From positions 19,716,001 to 19,780,000 of the forward strand of contig OZ193909.1 of NCBI GenBank assembly GCA_964276515.1: a DNA stretch of 64,000 nucleotides, in the 5' to 3' direction. The position numbers and the translations under genes are program-made. Shown piece after piece: positions 1 to 12,800 of this stretch. How positions within the stretch are numbered: the first letter of the stretch is position 1; every line of letters starts with the position of its first letter. The notes beneath the pieces were generated by a model that made no database searches, was not told where the DNA came from, and worked only from the letters and a program-made list of their open reading frames with translations. Origin of the DNA: Gordius albopunctatus. Its lineage: Eukaryota.

Positions 1-49
1 GAGACCAAAAACCCTTTTTTTACAACACTAGTATTTGCTATTTGGCAGC

Positions 50-278
50 ATCTTCGGGCCTCAATGCAATTATGAGAAAGATATACTACGATAGACGAGG
101 GCCTAGCAACGATGTGGTGCGATTACTAAATTCCGACATGGCAAAGCTGATTATCGACAAAAACTTGGTGCCTGCCTTCGCTAGAATATGCTCTCACCAG
201 GATTTTGAAGTGCTTTTAGATCACCTATCTAACCCCCGTCTCGATCTCGACGAGAATTCAAGTAATTTTGCATTATGA
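50..278 (+). CDS. Probable terminal exon of an unidentified gene entering from the left edge
   Basis: GC-richer open frame ending in TGA at 278, preceded by a possible acceptor (ttggcag at 43-49). No family recognised. Confidence 0.35.
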
Positions 279-1403
279 GTTGGGTATATCTATGTATGTA
301 TGTCTGCTCATTCCCTTTAAAAAAGTGATGCCAGTTTTGAACCAACTGGTATTCTATATATACTCTCTATTTATTTAAAATTTATATAATTTAATGTGAA
401 AACTTATGTCATATGATAAAAAAATGCTTTGTATAAACGATTAAATATTTTAGCTTATGTTATAATAATAAAACTATTTAAATATTAAGAAAAAACATAA
501 AATTTTTGAGACGAAATATTATATTTCTTTTTTACCCTCTTTCCCACCCGGGGGGTGGGGCCTTCCCTCCCCCCCCTTTTATCCTCTTTCTTAACCTGGC
601 AGAGGAACTCCCGGGTAAGAAAGAGGGTGAAAAATAATATATTAATTTAAGATCGAAAACATAATGTTGCACGGACCGACAACAAATTTAATATATTATA
701 TATATATAATTTTGTTAATAGATAAGCAAGAAGTAAATATAAAAAAAACATAATAGGAACACATAAGAGAAACACAAATATATGGGGCTAAAAATATATA
801 TAATAATTTAAGTGTAGAGAAGATAAAAGTAAAAATGGAGAATGTAAATAATTTACCCAATTTATCGTTTTACTTAGTTCAAGATGGCGGATTTTTGGCT
901 TCAAATTTTTCATATGTATGCATGCTTAATGAGCAGTCTATTTAGTCTATGTATGTGTGGAATCTGGTTCAATTGACAAAAGGGCATATGTAAAATAAAC
1001 CGCATTTGGATACATATTTAAAATATAAATAAAATCGCATTAGATATATACTGTAAATATAAAAATATTATATAATGGTAATATAACAATCATTTTTAAT
1101 AATTTGCGAGAGATATTTAACTTAACAAAAAGTGCTTATACTTATTATCATATAGAAATTTAAGTTAGACCCACATTATAAAAATTTTGTTTTGGAAAAT
1201 ATTACATGTATATTTCTGATAACATTTTAATTTGTTGAATTTATGGTTAAAAAATTGTAAATAATGAGTAATCTATCAACGAGTAAAAGATTGGTTGTAC
1301 TTTCATTCATTTAATCTATATATATCTAGCATAGGCTTTTATTTGATAAAATTAAGCTCTAACAATTAGCCATGATTTTTATAAGTTCAATCATATATAA
1401 GTG

Positions 1404-1628
1404 CTAACAATTATAAATGTTACCTTTGTGTGGGATCTCATCGTGCGTGCGTGTTATTATAAAATTTGCATTATATAAAACACCACGGCCTACACAATGG
1501 CTAGCTCTACATTTATAGTACTCCCCATGATCCTTGCTACCATTCACTCTAGTGTATTCATATTTTTCATACACTAAAATTGGTTTGTTTTTTGGGATAA
1601 AACATATGTAACTTTTGACATTATGCAC
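1404..1628 (-). pseudogene. FLYWCH-type zinc-finger fragment, probably from a MULE/Mutator-like transposon
   Basis: ORF reads LVYEKYEY...YYKC-x4-C-GRG...THDEIPH, a FLYWCH-like pattern. No downstream transposase seen. Confidence 0.45.
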
Positions 1629-2983
1629 TTGAAAAATTTAAAATGCGCGGGAGTTTAGATATTCAGAGATTTAGAGATTTTTACAAATGAACTTTTGTCA
1701 ATTGAAACTATACGTATGTTATGTATGTATTTATGGCCCTGATGAAACTTAAGAGCTTAGCTAAATCGGCAAGCTAAGATTGAGTTCCATCTGACACCTA
1801 CGCGGTGCTTTTCGGGCCACCTTAACCGCAGGTTTTGAGTGAGGATTTCTTATGTTATAAATGGCGCTAATATTACCTTTGACGTTAACTGTCTCGTCGT
1901 ATAAATAGATGTTTTACATAGTTTCAATGAAGCACCGTGTAGTTTTAATTTTTTTGTTAAACTAAGGTTTTTTTCGGATTTTTAAGCCTTTGAAAAGAAA
2001 AATTATAATTGTAACATAATAAAAAGTATTTAATTTATTAATCTATTTCCCCAAAGATGGCGGCCTCCATCCTTACTTAATTATTATCAGGTGTTTATTA
2101 GTTTACGATATTATTAGTCTATGTTTATTGGTCCTCCTTACCATTTTTCATTTCCTTTGCCAGTGCCTAATACATCAACTCTTAATCGGGGGAAAAGCTT
2201 GCTCCATTTTTTGAAAATTTATTAATTGTGATTCAAATCTATCTATTATCGATAATACAAGAAATCGATGTCATTAAATTAAATTTTAAATCATTTTACT
2301 AACTTTATTTTATTCCCACAGCTAAACGAAGAACCCTCATTGAGTCCAGATATTACTGAACTCTTTAAAATGTATATTATACGTAGATAAAGTTAACTTA
2401 AATGGTGGTTATAAGTAGTGATGATCAAAACCTAGGTTTGTACAACCCAAACCTAAGGTTTGGGTTAAGGTTGGAAAAAGACCTTTAAGGTCTTTCAAAT
2501 TCCCTAACCCAAAACTGGGGTGGAACCGGAAAAAGACCTTAAAAACCTTAAGGTCTTTTATACACCCAAACCTTAACCCGGGGTTGGGGTTAGGTTGACC
2601 TGGGGCTAATGTTTTGAAGTATAGGCGTGAAATAAGAGTATATTATTTTTTAGATATTAATATATTTATTTTTTAATGAAGAAATGAATTTTTTTTAAAT
2701 ATTTTAATATATAATAAATAGGAAATGATTTTTTTTATTATTATTCATTTAATTTCATAATATAATCTTGGGGTAAATTAATTAAAAAATAATATTGGGT
2801 TATTGTTTTAGCACCATCTAGCTTGTAATTAAATTCGCCACGAGAACGAGACAGGGATGGCCCATAAAGTCTTTAATAAAATGTTTAATCAGGATATTTA
2901 AATTTCTTTTTAACTGATAAATTCGTTCAAATATTACATTTTTGTATTGCACCTTTTATACTTAAATGCATGTGTTGTTATAG

Positions 2984-3279
2984 TTAGATGTGACAACAAG
3001 ATGGGCCGGACTTCTCACGAAGAAACGTCCATTCAATCCGTGATAAATCAGCTCAGGGCAGCGGGTCTTAACGAAAGGGCAACTTACTTAAAAAATTGCT
3101 TGACATCTCAAAGCCCGGCCGAAAATAAGGAACCTATATCGAGTAAGCTTTACGCCACGAGCCTGGCTCATACAGAAAAAGCGGCTTCTATGGCTAAGTC
3201 AGCTTCTAGCACTTTACTCTCCCTAGCAAATCGATCCTCGAAGCTATTTAAAGATGTCACCGGAAACAAGCAGATTTAA
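2984..3279 (+). CDS. Hypothetical protein, possibly the last exon of a small spliced gene
   Basis: About 95 codons open, GC-richer than the flanks, with AATAAA at ~3366-3380. No homology recognised. Confidence 0.35.
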
Positions 3280-4597
3280 ATTATATTATATTATTTCGTC
3301 TTAGATGCGCTTCTTTTGGATGTGGTTTTTGGGATTTTATATGTAAAATTACCTTATTTATGATCAATAAATGAATAAATTACCGGCTAGTAGTGTTGGA
3401 AAAAGCGCTTAATTAATCAAAAAGGGACAAAAAAGGGGATATTTATGACTTAGCTTGCTTGTCTCGACATTGTGGTTCATAACAGACTTGAGTTAGTGTC
3501 ATAACATGGGCGTAGCCAAGAGGGGGGGGGCAGGGAGGGGTAGCTGCCCCCTACTAAATTCAAAAATTTGTTGAAATTTATTAAAATCATGGCTAAAATC
3601 TCAAAAATTGGTTTTTTTGTCCATGCCTAAATCATTATTGCCCCCCCCCTCAAATCCCAATTCTCGCTACACCCATGGGTTGTAATGTGACCCTGGTTAA
3701 ATTATTTAAGTTCTCTTTAAGCCAACTTAAGAAATTTTGTTCCGCTTTGAATACGTTTTGAAAGGTGTAGGGATTTCTATTTGAATTAAAGTATATGTTT
3801 TCTTGATACACTATGAATACTCAGCCACTCCTGCCATCTTTCCTTCCTCACTCTCTACGTTCCTCTCCCGTGGTGTTTTTAAACGGCTGGATTTTGTTTC
3901 CGGACCAAAGGTTTAAACAAAAATTATTATTGGCCTATTTATGCGAATTAGAAAAATACACTAAAAATCTTTGTTCTGTTTATGTTTTTTCAACTAATAC
4001 CAAAGGTCGATCAAACAAAACTCAGCCGTTTTTACAACACTAAACTTCCGTCTGTCTTCATATGAATAAAATAAACCATTTTAATAGATCACGATTTTGC
4101 TTATAAGTAATAGAAACTGACAACAGTTTAAAGGGATTTTTGTAAAAATATAAACCAAACGGTATAGTTGTTAAATTGCTAACTTGCTTCAACTCCAAAC
4201 GCGAGCACGCACACTGAGTTGCTTAATATGCGCGTTAGCACGATATGTGCTCGCTATTCGGCCCAAAAAGACAGAAAAGTGGCATATGAAAATGCTCGAG
4301 CGGCGAGTCGGAACAGCATAATCTGTTCAAGCATTGACCAGATTGCTCCAGCAGAAACTCGAGTAGATAGCAGATTTAATAGAAGGGATTGCTACGAGTT
4401 ATTATATTTAAGTATTTGTTCTTATTATATATCATAAATAAATTAAGAACTTTGCCCCCCCCCCATTTTTTACCCTCTGCATCACTCGAGGAGGGGAGGG
4501 GGGTGATTTGCCCCCCCCCCCCACCCCTCTTGGTGTAAGTAGGTAAAAGAAGGAGGGGCAAATACTCCCTCTGGGTGAGTGATAGATTAATAAGGAG

Positions 4598-5978
4598 CAG
4601 AGACCAGAAATGCCCGGCCCTCGGGCGGGCACGCTGATAAGATTCGGGCATGCCCAGAATTTTATCAAATTAATTTTCCTTGAAAAAAGAAAAATTCGCT
4701 TATAAACAATTTTGGGCCATAATAAATTTGACTAGATTTTTTTTCATCGCTTAAATCTTCATTGTGCGTTTATATAATGTCCTAATTTCAATTTCTTCAA
4801 AATTAATTTTTATTTCGAATAAATTAGTTTAACTGGTTTGTCTCAAGATCAAAAATTTTTAATTTTCAGATTATATTATAAAAAAATAAAATCACAACGA
4901 TATAAACTACCATGGGCGTAGACAAGGGGGGGGGCAGGAAGGGGCAGCTGCCCCCCTCTAAACTCAAAAATTTATTAAAATTATGGCAAATTTTTTAAAA
5001 TATGATCATTTTTACCCCTCTTTAAATCATTATTGCCCCCCTCTAATTTTAATGCTGGCTACGCCCTTGTAAACTGCTACTCTAATCTAATAATATGGAA
5101 GAAACCATTTTACTCTCTGGTAGTAAATTATTTTATTACATTTTTGTCGCGTTTAGTTAAATCTTTGCCCTACTCCATTATGGAAAGGATTGGATTATTT
5201 ATATTTATGTAGCCAAAGCCATTTCATTGTTCGCAATACACTACACATGTGTGCCGACTACCCTTAAAACATAGGCTCATGCCATTTTCTAACAATGCGC
5301 ATAATTGTAATTCATTTAATTTCTTAACAACTAAAAAAATACGGTGGAAAAATAAAGCAAACAAGTCACATTAAAGTTATTAAAAATTATAACTATTTTA
5401 AGTATCCTAAATTAGCAAGGTTTAAAAAAATACTCTTTGCCATCCTGGCGACGAGTGCTGCTAGTGAAAGAAGTTTTTATATCGCAGGAAGATTAATAGA
5501 GGAAAGACGCACAAGATTATGCCGGGAAATTGTCGACGATATGAATAATAAAATATTGTCATCTTTGTTTGGATCAATATGCCATTGCTTATTTTGTAAT
5601 AGTGGCTAAAGATTTTGGGATTGTATAATTTCGGGTCTACCGGGAAAATTTTATTAATCGGGCCGGCAGCTCTAATGGTTTGGGCATGGCTGAGCCAACA
5701 CTTAGAAGGGTTCAGGCGGGAAATTTAGTTAAAATTGGACCGGGCCGGGTTCGGGCAGAAAAATTTAAACTACTCCGACCTCTTTTTGGGACCTCATAAA
5801 TTCGGGACTAGCAGGGCAAATTTAATATTTCGTGCTGGGCAATTCGGGCAGCTTTAGCAATTCGGGCGGGCCCCGGCGGACATTTAGATGTGTTCGGGCG
5901 GGCCCGCACGGGCAATGAAGGTAAAAAATTTAGTCGGGCCAGGTTCGGGCAGAAAATTCCCAACAAATCTGACCTCTG
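4598..5978 (+). mobile_element. Internally deleted hAT element with a C-terminal dimerisation-domain relic
   Basis: Ends CAGAGACCAG...CTGACCTCTG, perfect 8-bp TSD ATAAGGAG and GCCCG/CGGGC subterminal repeats. 5400-5543 translates KYPKLAR...ATSAASERSFYIAGRLIEERRTRL. Confidence 0.85.
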
Positions 5979-6431
5979 ATAAGGAGTAATCAAATTTATT
6001 TTGAAATTTTGGCACTACGCACCTTATACATCCACGTTATTTGACACCTTTGAACCCTCAAAAATATCATGCTCTCTCGTTATCAATATATAGAAAGTAC
6101 ATTCGTTAGCTATAATTCCAATTTTGTTATTCCCATTTAATTAAAACAAACATTCATTATAAAGATATTTAAAAATAGATTTATTAATAATCTAAATATG
6201 GTGTGTATAATATAAGCCAAAGATTTTAACGCGCTTGCATTTTATTATTCGTTTAATACAATATAGATGATGTTGGTTATAGTTCTAATAACTTCTCAAT
6301 GCAATAATTCATTCTTTTTGTACATAGTAACATGTGTGTTGTGCATGAGATCCTGTACGAGTCTAGATTTTGCCCCACCGATCCTATCGGCCGTTATTTG
6401 GTGGTAAATTCAAAAATATAATCCATTTATT

Positions 6432-9003
6432 ATGTCAAACTGGGACTTTGATGCACCCCAATTTTATGATTTTAACAAACCTAATGAAGGCTCAGGAGAT
6501 GAATGGTTTGGTAAAGATTATATATAATGATTATTTTAATTACCTTTATAGATAAAAAAGCTGAGACAAGCAAAAACCCCATAATTGATAGTAAGCCTAT
6601 CTTTTTAAAACTTACATTTTTTTTGTAGCACAATCAACTGATAAAGAAAATAAAAATAGCCAAAGAAGATCTATTAAAAGGCACAGTACTATATCTAAAG
6701 CATCCAAGTATAAGAAAAAAACATGCTCACTGTTACTTAATTTCTAAGGCTTAAAGAATATATTTATTTTCCAACAAATATATTTATATAATATTTAATA
6801 GAAAGAATGACACCATTGTTTCTAAGCCTCCTAAAAGAAATTCTCTGAGGTTACAAAAAAAGATAGCAATTTTAAAATCATGTACTCAACCTAAGAGTCC
6901 TAAACTTAACACTACCACAAGAATTTGCAACGCGGAATCATTAAAAAATGTTACAAATGTAATTCATTAATACCTTAATCTTTTTACCTAAAATATCTTT
7001 AGACAACAATTGCAAACAATATGGGTATAAAGAAAAATAATACAAGCACCTATATTAAAAAACAAAAGATAACTACTACTTTGCCTTTTAGTTTTGAAAC
7101 AAAAGATAAACTAATAAAGGAGAAAAAAGAAAAAGCAATCAAAGATAAGCTGGAGCAAGAACAACTGGTAATCATTATTATTAAGTCAATTTAATTTTAA
7201 ATTAGCTTAAGGCAATATATATTTACATAAATATCATTATTTTCAAGTTTGATCTGAGATATATCTAATGCATATATTTAAACTCCAAAATAATTTATAG
7301 GTCTTGTGTTTCTAAAATAATTATTATTTGAAGTTTATTTAACTTGTTTATTTTATATTAAACAAATGTAAGAGTTAGTAAGTTATTACATTAATATAAA
7401 GCTTAAACGTTGTAAATGATTTATTTATTTAATTAAGCTGGAAAGTTTTGAATTAACAATTGACCATTCAAAAACTATGTCTAGCCAACTACTTTGACTT
7501 TATTGATACCTTATTACCACACAAAATATACAATTTGAGCTTGATTTAGATTTGAGATGTGCTTTATAAATAAGATATTATTAGAAACTCAAAAATAATA
7601 ACCAGCATTTAATAAATTTATATTGGTGCCACTAACACGAAGGAGTGGGCAAATATAAGTGTTTTTTAATATAGAAGAAATGTTGGAATTAGTTTGAAGG
7701 GGGGGGGGGGGATTTGCCGCTTCAGCTAACAAATGAGCAATTTTTGTTCTTATGAAGCACATATTTGTAAAATTTATTTTTTGCCTAGGCTCGTAATTTT
7801 AAAGCTAAGCCCATTCCTAATGCTTTGAAGAAAATTTACGAAGGAAAAGAACGCCCCATTAAGACACCAACTAGGGCCAAGCCTTTCAAATCCCATGTAG
7901 ACGCACGACTTGAGAAGAAAAATAGTGCGCAAAATCAGGTCCTTCTTTTAGGGAACAAATTATTGTGCTCAATATTTAATTCAATTTTTGTTCAGTAGAA
8001 TAATTAAATGCTCAGTAATTGATTCATTTGTTCAGTTCATAACCTTTGGTCTCCTGTTTCTCTTTTTCAAATTTCGATAAAGCCCAAACATCGACTAAGA
8101 AAAACATTAGCATTTTGACAATATTAGTGTTAATAATGTACTCATAATACGATTTAGTTTTGTTTATATAATAAAAAATAAATAATTGAATTGCAGCAAT
8201 TAAAATATTATTTATGAAATATAGGCGCAAAATATATTAATATCGCAAATGATAAATATAAAGCTAAACGTTTTAAATTAATTTACTGAGCAATTTTGAA
8301 TTTTTTACTGGGCACATTTAATAACATACTGAGCATTTAAATAACATCCCTTTCTTTATACTAAATTTCAAAGTGTAATAAAAAGTTTAATTATTTTTAT
8401 TATAAAAATTAGGATCGGACATTAGATTAAATTTTGAGATTTATTTGGGGTATTTTAACTGTTTCTGTTTCCTATAAAAACTTGCGTTCCTTTTAAAACG
8501 ATAAGTAACAAGATGTTCTTTTGTGGAGATAAAAAGATATTGATGGCAAATGTTAATTTTTATTTTTACTTTGTTTAATTAGATTTGTTGTTATTGGCAA
8601 TATCGATTGTTTCAAGTGTTGGAATTTATCATGAAATATACGATGAATAAATATATCGGTTTTCCAAAGTTTTTGCTCTTTACTCGTGATTCTATTAAAA
8701 AACTTTATGTTTATATTTACTTTAGACTAGCGTTCCCTCTGCATCCATCAGAAAGTCACCAGCAGCTAAGCGTGAGAAAGCATTGAAGAAAACGTTTACA
8801 GGTACTAAAAATTACATTTTAATAAACAGTAAAACAAATTTATTATTTACACAATCTTTAATAATTAACTAAAATTATTTTAAAATTGTTGAGACTCATT
8901 TAATTTTGTATTTATAGTGACCAAATGCAAAGAATTTACCTTTGCAACCGATCGAAGGGCCCAAAAGAGGAAAGAAAATCATGAGGAAAAGGAGAAAAAA
9001 TGA
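6432..9003 (+). CDS. TPX2: TPX2-like spindle assembly factor, 8 exons, ~276 aa
   Basis: Hand-built GT-AG exons 6432-6510, 6552-6590, 6629-6707, 6802-6958, 7003-7167, 7789-7938, 8726-8801, 8918-9003 (831 nt, in frame). N-terminus MSNWDFDAPQFYDF...DEWF resembles the Aurora-A-binding motif. Also a KEN box, RNSLRL, TQPKSPKL, PFSFETKDK, FKAKP and FTFATDRRA motifs. Confidence 0.8.
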
Positions 9004-9800
9004 ATTGAATGTGGAAATTTCTCGAAGATATTATATATTAATTTTTACCCCTTAAATTTAGCACGTATTTTATATCGTAGTGCTTTATTAAGTCTAGCTT
9101 AGAACAAATACCACGTATTTTAACAAAAAATTCTTAAAAGATTAGCTTTTTGGAATGAAAGAGTCTATCTATAGATTTGTTAGCAAAAGTTTTTTGGGAT
9201 GACTTAAAATTTTATATTTATGAATATTTTGAGGCACTTTTTAGATACTGTGACATTCATGTATGTTTCTTTAGTTATTATATTTCAAGGAAATAAAAGC
9301 AATATCATTTTTGCATATTTTTAAATTGTTTTATTTATTATTTAATAATAAAATCAGCGACCAGTAAAGGGCGAATCTCGATTTTTGGCCGGGTATCATG
9401 ACTATATTCCGGCTGAATGATGATATTGTTTTGTGAAATGTATCATTCCCCTTTTCATTCGATTTTATAATGTTTGTCAATCCTAGTTCTTATTCAAAGA
9501 ATACGGTTGAAAATAACAAATTTTTGAAAAATATAACAATATTAATGCTAAAAATTTTAAAAAACAGCATTCCAGCCTGAAATGTTCATCCATGAATATA
9601 TATATATATATATATCAAATTTCCTAAAATTGAAGGATAATTTAAGAGTATTATATAAGTCATAAATAAATATGATAACAAATTATTTTTTACAAATAAG
9701 TTTGATAATGATTCTATGAGATTGTATGCATTCGTTTGGTTTTGATATTAGCACAATGTGACTTATTTTAAACAACATCATTTTCACCAATGAAAGGTAT

Positions 9801-12800
9801 TCATTTTGTATTTATATTTTCCACTAGCCAATACGTCTTTAGAGTACCTCTGCCCTAAAATATAAATTTTTAATATTTAAATAGTTAAGAAACAATGATG
9901 AATAACAGTTTTTAATAGAGACCTGCTGAAGCATTTTAAAATGCTTGAAAAAAGTGACTCTGCACCGGGTCCGACCCGAGGTCAGATGACCCGTGCTGAT
10001 CTCTAGTTTTCAAATTGAATAAATAACAAAGATACCTCTATCTCTATGGTACCCCTCTCTTCCGTCTTAAATTCTGGAAAATCATCTAAACCAGCCTTGG
10101 TCGTTTCGCTTAGGTGTATTCGCATAGCTTGAATAGATGGAAAAATGGTATGTTTATAATGTAAATTTGGAAATTTTAACCGGGTAGTGGTGACCTTTAT
10201 ACTACATAGACTGCTCATGTCATATGTAGAGTTGTTAAATTGCTAACTTTCTTCAAATCCAGCTACCATCTGCTCGAGTTTCTGCTCGGGCCTCGAGCAT
10301 TTTTATATGCTACTGTTCTGCCTAGTGCGCCGAACAGCGAGCACATATTATGCTAACGCGCATATTAAGCAACCCATTTTGCGTGCTCGCGTCTAGAGTT
10401 TGAAGAAAGTTAGCAATTTAACAACTCTAGTCATATGTTTGATATGCCAAATGTGTACCATGCAATCCACCATTTTGAATTTAACAATCTCTCATCTCTC
10501 TCTACAGTGTATACCCCATTGTTCAAACAGAAAAAGTGAATTTACCTTACTCATTAGTTAATAAATAAGAAAGAAAGTTAATAGATAATGATTTAATAAA
10601 ATGTAAATGACATATATTTTAAAATGCTGTTTTTAATGTTTATTTATTTCGATGTTTTTAATGTCATAACCTTTTAAAAACACTTTAATCAACCAAAAGA
10701 ATCTGGTGCACAATGTAATAATGTAATATTCGCATTTTACAAATTGAGACCGGTTTTCACGCATATTCATACGCATGTAATATGTACTAAAAAACGACGT
10801 AATAAAAGGATACTATAATTGTTAATTGAAACAAAATAAGTTATATCAAGATGTATAATACTATTTTATAAATAAATACATATTATCAAATAAATCACTA
10901 AATCTAACCCTAACCCTTGCCTATATTACATTTTGCACATATTACATTTTGCACAGAAGTGAACCAAAATACTATAATCCATTTATCCCTCTCTTATTTG
11001 TATACACATTTCAAAATGGCGGAAAAATGGTACACTTATTTAAAGTTGATGAGCAGCCTATCTAGTCCCTGGGTGTAACCTGGGGCTATTTTCTTATTGT
11101 TTTTTTTTAATTAAAATAACTCCTTTTTAAATAAAGTACTATCATGCAAACTACTTGCAGTATTAAGTTTTTTAAAGTTAAAAATCAAAGGCTTTTTAAG
11201 AGAAGATAAATTTTTGTAAATAATATTATTTAAAAAAATTGATATTTTTACAGTTAAGATTTATTTTTAAATTTGAAAGGAAAATTACCACGTTTCTATT
11301 TTAAGTTTTGTTTGGAAATATTTGACCATATTATTTCCAAAAAAACGTTTAGCCTAACTCGCCTACATTTTTGTAATTTTCAATAATTATTTTAATTTTA
11401 ATAAAAATTACTAAATAAATAAATCTAAAAAAAACTTATTTATAAAAAATTTATCATATTTTGAAGAAAAAGAAAAGTTACCTTCCCCGCTAGATTCCAT
11501 TTTAGATGCTGTATTGACGGTTGCTCCAAAAAGACAATATCTTGGCATTTTAACACCAACTATTCCAGCTGCACATGATCCTTTCATATAATACACGAAT
11601 AAACATTTAACTTTTTGACTATTTTTTAATTGAAAATTTAACCTTTTCCATTAATTGTCCCATTTTTCCAGGAAAAAGATTATATATTATTAAATATGAT
11701 TTATTATAATTAAATAATTTAATTTCTATTATTTAAAAATTAATTGTGGTTCAAAATTTTCATAATAACTTTTTATATTACTGTCAGCAGTTTTTTTTAT
11801 GTATCTTAAGGTTGCATTACTTTTTCTTTAACATATAAATAAATTTTTTGTTGTAAAAAATAATTCAAAATCTCGTTCAAATTATAACAACTAGCTAGTG
11901 CAGAAAACAAACAAAAAAAACTCTTGTCTGTTTATCTTTAGTCCACCCAAAACCAAATGTCGACCTAACAAAATCGCGCCCTTTTTACAACACTAGCGCA
12001 GATTACATATTTAAATTCTTGTTTCTCCTGACACATAAGATAAAAACATTCAAAAGTCAATAAAAGTAGCTTTTTGATGAAACAATAATCAAACATAGTA
12101 TTGATTGGTTATCGATTTTCATCAATATTCAACCTGTATGTATGCCGATTCGAATTTTGAGTTTTTCATCTGGTTTGTGGCGTATTTTGAATTGTGAAAC
12201 ACTCTTTACAGCACTCAAGGCAAATCTAGCAATTTCTCGGAAATGCTTGTTCCCATTCCTTTTAGGTAACCCCGAAACCACCATATAAGCGTCCCCAATC
12301 GTCTCGACCTTTATAATAATAAAAATTAAACATAAAGAAGTTCGCTTTTTCCAATAAAAACGGCTGCGTGATTGACGCTTGGTGTTAGTAAAAAGTTGCC
12401 AATCAAAAGTGTTATGTAACCGGATGTAAAATAATGATTAGAGGTGAGCATTAATGATTTAGAGAAGGGCAAAATGATCATTTTTTGAATTTTTAACGAA
12501 TTTCAAAAATATTTTAAATTTAAAAGGGGGCAGCCGCCCCTCCCTGTCCTCCCCCCCCCCGGCTAGGCCCACATTTAATTCATATAAAATATATATGATT
12601 CATATGTACATACTTTATAAGCATCTAGCTTTTCGACTAGACTATCGAAACAGCAATAAACATCGTTGAGGAAATCCACAATTTCCAAGGCGGTACTAGT
12701 TGATGAAATGACGGTGAATTTAACGATGTCACTCATGTAAATTGTGACATTTCTAAATACCTCTGGCTCAACTTTGACTCCTGCCTTTAGATCCTCAGCC

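Noticed and set aside
6959..7002. U12-type intron suggested by a CCTTAAT branch-like motif
   Set aside because: The donor is GTAATT, not GTATCCTT.
10904..10917. CTAACCCTAACCCT telomere-like motif
   Set aside because: Only two units, inside a MITE.
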